DNA of 62,818 nt, counting the filler, from Octopus bimaculoides (lineage: Eukaryota), in assembly GCF_001194135.2 (NCBI RefSeq). It is 6 parts of 6 records of this genome, joined end to end, with 100 filler letters (N's around TTAATTAATTAA, not from the genome) between each part and the next. Parts side by side here need not be neighbours in the genome. Positions count along the whole stretch, not along the records: positions 47,342 to 56,120 come from NC_068993.1; positions 56,221 to 62,818 come from NC_068983.1; 4 more parts are not named here. One strand, 5' to 3'. Of the stretch, positions 52,971 to 62,818 are shown one piece after another. Under the pieces are notes generated by a model. The model had not been told where the DNA came from and did no database searches. It saw only the letters and a program-made list of their open reading frames with translations. The stretch's first letter is position 1. Every line of letters starts with the position of its first letter. The translations under genes were made by a program, and so were the position numbers.

Positions 52971-53348
52971 NNNNNNNNNNNNNNNNNNNNNNNNNNNNNN
53001 NNNNNNNNNNNNNNNNNNNNNNNNNNNNNNNNNNNNNNNNNNNNNNNNNNNNNNNNNNNNNNNNNNNNNNNNNNNNNNNNNNNNNNNNNNNNNNNNNNNN
53101 NNNNNNNNNNNNNNNNNNNNNNNNNNNNNNNNNNNNNNNNNNNNNNNNNNNNNNNNNNNNNNNNNNNNNNNNNNNNNNNNNNNNNNNNNNNNNNNNNNNN
53201 NNNNNNNNNNNNNNNNNNNNNNNNNNNNNNNNNNNNNNNNNNNNNNNNNNNNNNNNNNNNNNNNNNNNNNNNNNNNNNNNNNNNNNNNNNNNNNNNNNNN
53301 NNNNNNNNNNNNNNNNNNNNNNNNNNNNNNNNNNNNNNNNNNNNNNNN

Positions 53349-53400
<52 letters not shown>

Positions 53401-53499
53401 ACGTATCTACATATGCAGAGAAGTTCGATTCTGAGAGTTATTGTACCCATAATGTTAAAACTCGACTTAGTCACAGATAAAACGACAGCAAGCTAAATT

Positions 53500-54080
53500 T
53501 TGGTTTTCCGTCGATTGGAAAGGAGATCATCCTTCGCGTTTGTGCTTGTTCTGTGGCTACAAAATGCCAAGCAAATCAATGCGCTTCCTCGTAAGTTCAA
53601 TAGGCATCTCAAATCTAAACACTCCTACCTTCAAGGAAAAGATTCAAATTATTTTAAAAGATTTCTCAGAACATCAAACAAAACAGGTAAATAGTCTTTA
53701 AAGTATCTGTAACAGTTTGTGCAAAAGGTCAAATTTCTTCGTATGAAATATCTGTATGGTTACACACACAGGGAAAAAAACAAATTTAGTCACGTACTTA
53801 GACGAAGTCAATTATCTTGCTTTGCATAGAGAAATATTAAGACAATGCTAGATCAAACAGAACAAGAAATGCGTAAAATTCCTCTTTCAAATCGTACAAG
53901 TCGTGGATGCGTTTTGGAGTTGTCTGCTGACATCGACGAAAATGTCGGCCGTAATAAGCTCCGACGTTACAAGTTGATGAATCAAGACATTGCCAACAAG
54001 ACGCGGCTGTTGGCATTCACTCGTTTTATTGATGGACATCAAATACCAAATCAGTTTTTGTTGCTGCTGTTGCTTCGGCT

Positions 54081-54150
<70 letters not shown>

Positions 54151-54640
54151 CTGTTGTTTTTGTTGTTGTTCTTGTTCTTCCTGTTTTTGTTGTTGAAAAC
54201 AAATGCCATCACTACAAAGAGTAGAAATATTTTCCTATTTGAAATGACTACTTTGAAAAATGTGAATAACCATGGCCGCTGTGTGTCGGTTTTGTACCAA
54301 TGGAGATCCTTCAATGGTTGGCTTTATGAAATAACTGGCAACACTTGTTAAAAAGCAACAAAAAAACCCGTAATGTTATTACAACTCATTGCTTTTTACA
54401 GAGAAAGGGGGTCTTGATTGTAAAAGCATTCAGAGTTAAATTGAAACAACTTTTAGATCAAGCTGTCAAATTGGTTAATTTTATTAAAAGCAGACCATTA
54501 AAGACTCGTTTGTTTGAGGAAATTTCTATTGACATGAATTCGCAGCGCTGACGCTAATATTTACGCACAGAAGGGCTATGGCTGCCAAAGAAGCTGCCCT
54601 GTCGTGTCTACGAACTCTAAACAGAGCTTCTTGCACGTTT
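53500..54640 (+). pseudogene. hAT (Charlie/Buster-like) transposase relic with internal (TAG)n
   Basis: CLFCGY (BED-like), PRKFNRHLKSKHSYLQGKDSNYFKR, IPLSNRT, LLAFTRFI, THCFLQR, QAVKLVNFIKSRPLKTRLFEEI. Confidence 0.85.
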
Positions 54641-54864
54641 TCGTTGGGGTTTTTTCTTGTTTTTTTTTTTTATTTTCTGTTCTTTTTGTTGTTCTCTTTC
54701 AAAAACAAAGTCAAAAACAACTTTATTTAAATATCTTCAATGCGAATTTCATGACCATATTTCAGCCCCCTTAATGGACAAGCCAATCATGGAAATACCC
54801 TTAAATCTACAAATTCAGCGGCAGCGTTTCAGTACATTAGAATAGAAAGGCGAGAGATGGTAGT

Positions 54865-55055
54865 ATTGATCTCAAATTTTGGCACATGGCCAACAATTTC
54901 GACCCCAGTGCTCAGCTGGTACTTATTTCATCGACCCCAAAAGTATTAAAGGCAAAGTCGACCTCAGCGTCATTTGAACGTAAAAATGAAGACGGGCGAA
55001 ACACTGCTAAGAATTTTGCCCGCGTTAACAAACTTCTTAACCACATCGCCATTCT
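54865..55055 (-). mobile_element. Nin/Deu-like SINE
   Basis: TCGACCCCAGTGCTCAGCTGGTACTTATTTCATCGACCCC...GGCAAAGTCGACCTCAGCG. Confidence 0.8.
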
Positions 55056-55096
55056 TAGCACCAAATCTTTGTGGGGTATTACTTTCTTCTCTGAAA

Positions 55097-55310
55097 GGCA
55101 GTGAGCTGGCAGAAACGTTAGCACGCCGGGCGAAATGCTTACCGGTATTTCGTCTATCTTTACGTTCTGGGTTCAAATTCCGCCGATGTCGACTTTACCT
55201 TTCATCCTTTCGGGGCCGATAAATCAAGTACCATTTGCGTACTGGGGTCGATCTAATCGACTGCCCCCACCCTCCCCAAAAATTGCGGGCCTTGTGCATA
55301 GAGTAGAAAA
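55097..55310 (+). mobile_element. Nin/Deu-like SINE, well preserved
   Basis: GGCAGTGAGCTGGCAGAAACGTTAG...GGGTTCAAATTCC...CCTTTCATCCTTTCGGGGCCGATAAATCAAGTACCA. Confidence 0.85.
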
Positions 55311-55382
55311 TATTACTTTCTTTTTATATATGTCTCAAACACTGAAAAACACCAAGGTTGCTTATAGCAGAAGCAGAATTAA

Positions 55383-55716
55383 CCCTTTGAATGCAGAAAG
55401 CAGGTTATGCTCGCTCAAAATTTTTATCCCCGTTATCTGTGGAAAGCGGTTATACCACCAACAGTTTTGAAAAAAGTCTCTCCTTTCGCTACAAAAGGCA
55501 GATATATTCGACTAAAACTTTTTACAAGAGGTTTTCTTAATTTTTTCACTTATCTAATCAAATATCTCTTCACAGAGCAAGAATCAAATACCTTTAGTAT
55601 CTACAGGTGATACTAAAAATTTATTACAGAAGCAGAAATTGTCAATTCTAGTTTTTGGTGGGCAATTTAACATCATTACGAGAATGACAGTGAAATTTAA
55701 TTACGGAGTCAAGGGG
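55383..55716. mobile_element. piggyBac-type MITE (334 bp)
   Basis: TTAA-CCCTTTGA ... TCAAGGGG-TTAA; TTAA at 55379-55382 and 55717-55720. Confidence 0.7.
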
Positions 55717-56250
55717 TTAATAAAGCCAGATTAGCAATTATTTTTTTCATTTAAAATAATTGCTTTGTCTTGTTTCTTGTTTTTAACTTTCCGCGGGAAA
55801 TCAGCACTTTGTTATTTCATTCTCAGTACGCCACGAAGACAAATAGAGTGAGAACCTCCGTGATAAACAGAAGAGTTAAGAGAGGAGGCGGAGAGAAAGA
55901 GAGGACACTCTGTACAGACTTAAAAGACTATCAATTAAAGACAAATATTATTGGAAAATATTACTATTTCGCTTTCCTCTAATATCCACAGCGTTAAGTA
56001 TATTAACACTGACTTAACTGTTATCCACCAGAAAGAAAAACACAGGAGATATCATTTCAATTAAACTAAGTAAAATAAGTATAACTCTGGTAAGAAATTA
56101 TATATATATGTATATATATANNNNNNNNNNNNNNNNNNNNNNNNNNNNNNNNNNNNNNNNNNNNTTAATTAATTAANNNNNNNNNNNNNNNNNNNNNNNN
56201 NNNNNNNNNNNNNNNNNNNNATTAACATTGCTTATATATATATATATATC

Positions 56251-56303
<53 letters not shown>

Positions 56304-56469
56304 GTGTGTGTGTGTGTGTATGTATTTATATATATTTTTATACCAACATTAGGCAAAAATATTGTATCTGTTAACAAACGTAGCAAAATACTCACAAGTG
56401 AGTTTTTGTATTTATATCGATTTAAATGAGAACTCAAATCTGATCCATTGAAAATACTTTATTATAATA

Positions 56470-57870
56470 ATGATAATGTCCTATGATCATTTCGATGCAA
56501 TATCCAGATTGATTCATACATATTATAAAATATGGGATACTGCATCTCCTCAAGGCCTTATTAGTAGGAGGCAGACAATAAAAATAGATAACATTCACAT
56601 ACAACATTCATAGTTGATCTATGAAAACATGCAAAAAAAACAAGTTGAAAAGACATGAGATGTTATACAACCGTACATCATAACGGTGTTGAAACCATGA
56701 ACATATCAAGCAAATGATTCAAATTTATGATGCTAGACTATGAAGTTCGGTAATGAACCAATACGAAACGCTGTACATTTCGAAAAGGACCGTTGGAGTT
56801 ATAAATATAAATACAAAATTCAGACCTAAGAAAAAACAGTTAGATATTTAAAAAATACATTTTTAATACAAGTTCTTGGTCAAACAGAAGTATATCTAAT
56901 AAGTAATGCTTATATATAATATACTCAATAAACAACTTAAGTATACATAATCTAAAAAAGCCTTATATTAATTTAGTATTCATAAGTAAAAAGCCTTATA
57001 TGGTTATTCAAACCTGTAGGTTATAGAGAATAAAATATCTACATTTGAATACGTTCAAATTATAGTTAACAAGTTACAAAAGAATAAAGTTAATTAGCTA
57101 AGTGATAAAGTTAAATATACCGAAGAAAATTTGACAAATTTATTGATTACTACGTTAGCGTAGAGACCGTAAACAAAAACCGGTCACATCTCAAAAAATC
57201 CCTAAATAAAATTATGATTTACAAATTTAGTGATTACTATTAAATGAAGCAGTAAACAAGAACACTAAATAATATCACAATATATATATTATTTTAAAAA
57301 CAGACACTACATAAAGCTAGTTTTATTATCAGAGAAAGATATTATGCCTTGACAAACTGGCGATAAATACTATTTTCATACTGATGGTCAAGGGGAGGTA
57401 AATCTAGCTCTTTGATAAATATGAATATATATAGAGATTTTAAATTGACTCAGTTTATTTTTTAAAAAAAACAAAGCAAAATATTAAATTGATTATGACT
57501 TATCAAAAAAACATTTTTATATATAAAAAAAACAACTTCAAGAGCAACATAAATGATATGTAATCTTGATAACAAAGGATATTTTTTAAAAAATATAATT
57601 GTACCAAATACATGAATTTAAGATATCCTCAATAGGTAATCATGTGAATTCAAACTAAATTACACATTATAACATAGCAAAATAGTATGTGGGATTGTTT
57701 ATAGAGGAATCTAAACAACTTAGTCTATGCTATTAAACCTATGACAATATTGTAAGCACTAGGATTATTTTTTTTTAATTTCACTATAGTCATGAAGAGA
57801 CCAATAATGGATATTTAATCAATATACATAAAAGATGATAGATTTTAAGATGCAAAATATGTTGAATAAA
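56470..57870 (+). mobile_element. Candidate decayed Polinton/Maverick relic (polymerase B C-terminal half followed by packaging ATPase)
   Basis: A-rich coding-like DNA with collinear residual motifs: SYDHFDA (56479), QPYI (56668), stop-WSRGGKS Walker-A-like (57382-57405), AKY (57476), KHF (57509), LFI (57695), IDFK (57838). Compared by eye with recalled Polinton proteins. Confidence 0.4.
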
Positions 57871-58101
57871 CATGCACTCAACTAGCACCCAAATAATCTA
57901 ATCTTAATACACCATTAAAATTAACAACAAAAAATATATACATGTACACACCTGAATATATACATATATATATATATACATATATACACACACAGATACA
58001 CATATATATACATATATATATATATATACAAGCATATACAAACACAAACACAAACATATATATATATATATATACACATACACATACACACATATAGATA
58101 T

Positions 58102-58149
<48 letters not shown>

Positions 58150-58150
58150 G

Positions 58151-58347
58151 CTCTCCTGAAATAAGAATTTCTAACTTCCGGTCAGTCATTGTTATGATCG
58201 GCCATTATTATGATTGACCGTTGACTGAACACTATTCAATTTTTTTTCTCCGTTTTTTTCTCCTTGTCTCCGTATTCTTTCTGTTGAAGAGCGTAGCTCG
58301 AAACGTCAAAGACTTTCCGTATTCCCGAGCGTCATACTAATATATAC
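58151..58347 (+). mobile_element. 5'-truncated Penelope-type 3' terminal (pseudo-LTR) sequence
   Basis: Contains a hammerhead fold. TGAAATAAGAATT (58157) resembles TGAATAAGAATT just after the stop of the adjacent Penelope ORF (59229-59240, minus strand). Confidence 0.6.
58276..58312 (+). ncRNA. Minimal type I hammerhead ribozyme fold (U at core position 6)
   Basis: TCTTT-CTGTTGA-A-GAGC-GTA-GCTC-GAAAC-GTC^AAAGA: helix I 5 bp, helix II 4 bp with a triloop, palindromic ACGT helix III, GUC site after 58307. Confidence 0.65.
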
Positions 58348-59193
58348 NNNNNNNNNNNNNNNNNNNNNNNNNNNNNNNNNNNNNNNNNNNNNNNNNNNNN
58401 NNNNNNNNNNNNNNNNNNNNNNNNNNNNNNNNNNNNNNNNNNNNNNNNNNNNNNNNNNNNNNNNNNNNNNNNNNNNNNNNNNNNNNNNNNNNNNNNNNNN
58501 NNNNNNNNNNNNNNNNNNNNNNNNNNNNNNNNNNNNNNNNNNNNNNNNNNNNNNNNNNNNNNNNNNNNNNNNNNNNNNNNNNNNNNNNNNNNNNNNNNNN
58601 NNNNNNNNNNNNNNNNNNNNNNNNNNNNNNNNNNNNNNNNNNNNNNNNNNNNNNNNNNNNNNNNNNNNNNNNNNNNNNNNNNNNNNNNNNNNNNNNNNNN
58701 NNNNNNNNNNNNNNNNNNNNNNNNNNNNNNNNNNNNNNNNNNNNNNNNNNNNNNNNNNNNNNNNNNNNNNNNNNNNNNNNNNNNNNNNNNNNNNNNNNNN
58801 NNNNNNNNNNNNNNNNNNNNNNNNNNNNNNNNNNNNNNNNNNNNNNNNNNNNNNNNNNNNNNNNNNNNNNNNNNNNNNNNNNNNNNNNNNNNNNNNNNNN
58901 NNNNNNNNNNNNNNNNNNNNNNNNNNNNNNNNNNNNNNNNNNNNNNNNNNNNNNNNNNNNNNNNNNNNNNNNNNNNNNNNNNNNNNNNNNNNNNNNNNNN
59001 NNNNNNNNNNNNNNNNNNNNNNNNNNNNNNNNNNNNNNNNNNNNNNNNNNNNNNNNNNNNNNNNNNNNNNNNNNNNNNNNNNNNNNNNNNNNNNNNNNNN
59101 NNNNNNNNNNNNNNNNNNNNNNNNNNNNNNNNNNNNNNNNNNNNNNNNNNNNNNNNNNNNNNNNNNNNNNNNNNNNNNNNNNNNNNNNNNNNN

Positions 59194-61740
59194 ATGCAGT
59201 AATCCTAACCCAAGTAAAATATATTAATAATTCTTATTCATAGAACGAAAATGTATGTCAATTCATACGCAAGCATCTGAAAGCCTTAAATGTAATTTTA
59301 TTAATTAGGTCACCCTTGGAAAAAAGTATGAATAATAACTCCAAGTTACATAATGAACAGCAATCTTTACCCTTGTCGTACGGAAACGGTTTACCTATAA
59401 TTGACCATTCCAGAGAGTTCTCTTTTTCTCGTCTTTCAATTGCCAAATTAAACTACTAAGCGCCGTGCTATTTTGTTTATTCCTATCTCTAAATGTCGAG
59501 TAATGATTGGAAATTCTTTTTGAGATTTCAAGTGAAGCTGATCCGATATAACTCCAAATCCTCTTTTTAGTTAAAATATTATACCTATATACAGTATTCT
59601 GAGTTTTTGCATTTGCACTAAGGAACCTAATTCTATTAGGATTAGCTTCAGATATTACTATTATGTTGTTATTATTAACATTGGTACTATTATTATTATC
59701 CTTGTTTACGTGAAGATTATCTAAAACAGTGTCTCTAGGAGTATTAAGATTGTTATCTATATTTATGCCAATAGAATCTTGAATAGAATTAGCGGTTAAT
59801 AGCTTTAAGTTATGAGCGGCGATAATTTGCGTTAAATTTTTTGTATTAGAAAAACCAAACCTTACCTTATGCGCGTTAATGACTTTATAGTAATGCGAAA
59901 TTTTAGTAAAATTTTTACTTACTACATTCCTGAATACTGTCACTAAATCTGATTTAATTTGTTTCCCATATGGAATAACGAACCATAAACTATCCTGTTT
60001 ACTGGAATTATAACTTTCACTATTATTCTTAAAAAAACTTTAGTCTACCTTTGTTAGTGTTAGATACAGGACCATGGCATTGTGGTCCACCTTTGATCTT
60101 TCTTACTAAGTTAATATTATTATTAGTAATATTAATGTTATAATTAACTTTGCTACAATTAACATCTGCCTTTGAGGAAACAGAATCTGGATTAATGTAA
60201 TACACCTTATCTTTATACCCTGCTTCAGACAAGGCAGAGCTATAAAACTTTGCCTCATCCTCAAAAACCAAATTATTTGCCGATAGGTTAGATAATCTTA
60301 ATGATATATTATGAACTAAATTATTTGTTATTGTTTTGGGATGATTGCTAAATTTTTTAATGTTTGTTGAAGGTTTATGATATGGCCTGTAAGATTTATT
60401 GTGCAGATCGAGTGTTACATCTAAAAAAATAGCTAAAGATGTGTCATCTTCAAAAATTATATGCGTTCCCATTCTACGAAAAAATCTAGCTAATCTATTT
60501 TTCACCCTTTGTACCTGCTGTTTCGAGCTATTTCTGAGATATAGGAGACAATCATCCCTATTTAGACCCCTCTAATATATGGGAATTGATCAGCCATTTC
60601 ATTAAGTATGAAGGAACAAACTACATCAGCAATCTGTGCTGAATCAGAACTACCCATAGGTACATCAAATGCATCAGGGGTACTCTTACGAATCCAAATC
60701 TTGTTATTAAATTTAAAAAAGGATCTTCTAGCGGCTAAAACAACATTAATCTCATCCCTAGTAATCCCTGCTTTATTGTGTATAAGCCACAATACCTTAT
60801 TAAGTACAACAGGATTAATAGAGGGATAAATATTTGCTATATCAAATTGTATAAATTTCACATTATCCTTATCTTTGATACATTTAAACCAATCTACTAC
60901 TTGCTTAGAATTAGACTACAATTGAGGTTTTAGTTTACTAACTATTGTAGGGATATACTTACTTAATATAATCTTACTAAGTCTCTCTATATCCGATTTA
61001 GCCGGGCAAATAAGCCTTAAGGAAGGATCAGTCCCAAAATTATTCTTGTGATCTTTTAAGATGAACCGCGGTTCCTTCGGCACTAGAGGGTCAGTTCTAT
61101 ATATATATATATATATATATATNNNNNNNNNNNNNNNNNNNNNNNNNNNNNNNNNNNNNNNNNNNNNNNNNNNNNNNNNNNNNNNNNNNNNNNNNNNNNN
61201 NNNNNNNNNNNNNNNNNNNNNNNNNNNNNNNNNNNNNNNNNNNNNNNNNNNNNNNNNNNNNNNNNNNNNNNNNNNNNNNNNNNNNNNNNNNNNNNNNNNN
61301 NNNNNNNNNNNNNNNNNNNNNNNNNNNNNNNNNNNNNNNNNNNNNNNNNNNNNNNNNNNNNNNNNNNNNNNNNNNNNNNNNNNNNNNNNNNNNNNNNNNN
61401 NNNNNNNNNNNNNNNNNNNNNNNNNNNNNNNNNNNNNNNNNNNNNNNNNNNNNNNNNNNNNNNNNNNNNNNNNNNNNNNNNNNNNNNNNNNNNNNNNNNN
61501 NNNNNNNNNNNNNNNNNNNNNNNNNNNNNNNNNNNNNNNNNNNNNNNNNNNNNNNNNNNNNNNNNNNNNNNNNNNTTTAAAAAAACATTTCATTCTATTT
61601 TATTTGTTTATTTTTTTTATATCTACTTCAGTTACTGACTTATTTATATAATCTTTTTCCCTTTTCGTTATTTTAGTTTTTATGATTTTATTATTTATTT
61701 TGTATTACTTTTTATTTTTGATATTCTTCTGTCTTTATTT
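59194..61740 (-). mobile_element. Penelope-like retroelement ORF (RT + GIY-YIG endonuclease), disrupted
   Basis: ILKDHKNNF...RLICPAKSD; FIQFDIANIYPSI; FDVPMGSSDSAQIAD; YRDD; FLDVTLDL...YRPYHKP; SNHP; WFVIPY; TVY...SYIG...KRISNHYSTF...STALSSLIWQLK; CSLCNLE. (AT)n plus N gap at 61079-61575. Confidence 0.9.
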
Positions 61741-62238
61741 TTTAGCTTGTATGTTTAATTTCTTTCATATACACACACACATACACACACTTTCATACGC
61801 ACGTACATATACACACACACATATCTCCACACACACTCATGCACACACACATGCACAACCACACCCGCACCCACATATACATATGCGCACACATCCATAC
61901 GCAGACCCACAGACACATAAACGATAATAACAACACCAGTATACACACAGCTTTTGTGCGTGTGTATGTGAATATATATGTGTGCGTGTATATATATGTA
62001 TATGTGCATGCATATATTCAGATATGTGTATGTGTATATATGTGTCTATATCTATGTATATATATATGCCTGAATGTATATATGTATGTAGATATTTACA
62101 CACACACATACATATATATTTGCGTGTTTGTGTAAATATGCGCGTGCATATATGTATTTGTGTATACACACATGTCCGGGTGTTTGTGTATTTGAGTGGG
62201 TTTGTGCAAATGTATGTATATATGCATGTGTATATATA

Positions 62239-62272
<34 letters not shown>

Positions 62273-62489
62273 CACATAAAGATTTATATATATATGTATA
62301 TACATGTATATATATTTATATTCATACACTATATATATATATATATATATACTATATATATGCATATATATGTGTGTGTATATATATATGTATACATATA
62401 TACATACACTTTATATATGTATTAATATATACGTATATGTATATATACATATATACACGCATTTATATATACAACTGTTATTAAGATAC

Positions 62490-62531
<42 letters not shown>

Positions 62532-62594
62532 AAATAATAAATGAGTATATGCATATATATGTACAGGTATGTGCGTACCTACGTCTGCCTGTAT

Positions 62595-62780
62595 ATATAG
62601 GTGCATATCTGGGTACAGGACATTGCAAACAAAACGTAGACAAGAAAATAATAATAACCAGAGTACAGAAAACACACAAGCCACATAGGGAAAATTTTCC
62701 TTCATCAACTACCCCCGTTTTAACACCGGCGTTTCGAAGAGTTGGGCAGGACGCATCGTTAAAACGGCTCTTCCCATGAA
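62595..62780 (-). repeat. Dispersed repeat related to 16241-16385
   Basis: Minus strand TTGATGAAGGAAAATTTTCCCTATGTGGCTTGTGTGTTTTC...GTCCTGTACCCAGATATGCAC. Confidence 0.5.
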
Positions 62781-62818
62781 CCGCAAATTAAATTTGTATA
62801 CACAAATTAAACCTGTGC

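Overview
Gappy, AT-rich eukaryotic scaffold with many N gaps and a very high microsatellite load. The repeat content (tRNA-derived SINEs, (AT)n/(CA)n/(TACA)n) looks like a coleoid cephalopod, probably Octopus (inference). No confidently identifiable host gene, rRNA, tRNA or CRISPR array is present. Nearly all long ORFs in the track are microsatellite or N-gap artefacts. The interpretable content is mostly decayed mobile DNA: several Tc1/mariner copies, two hAT (Charlie/Buster-like) transposase relics, a near full-length Chapaev3-like element, R4/Dong, L1/Tx1 and RTE LINE fragments, a Penelope-like element (RT + GIY-YIG), hAT- and piggyBac-type MITEs, candidate solo LTRs and about 17 SINEs. Three observations stand out. 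(1) A foldback MITE whose centre is a (CCCTAA)n(TTAGGG)n telomere-like palindrome (298-972). (2) A minimal type I hammerhead ribozyme fold with an unusual U6 core (58276-58312), tail-to-tail with the Penelope element. (3) A heavily decayed Polinton/Maverick-like polymerase B + ATPase relic (about 56470-57870) that the ORF track misses. Family assignments come from manual translation and recalled consensus motifs, not from database searches. I found no evidence for a wholly new multi-gene system.
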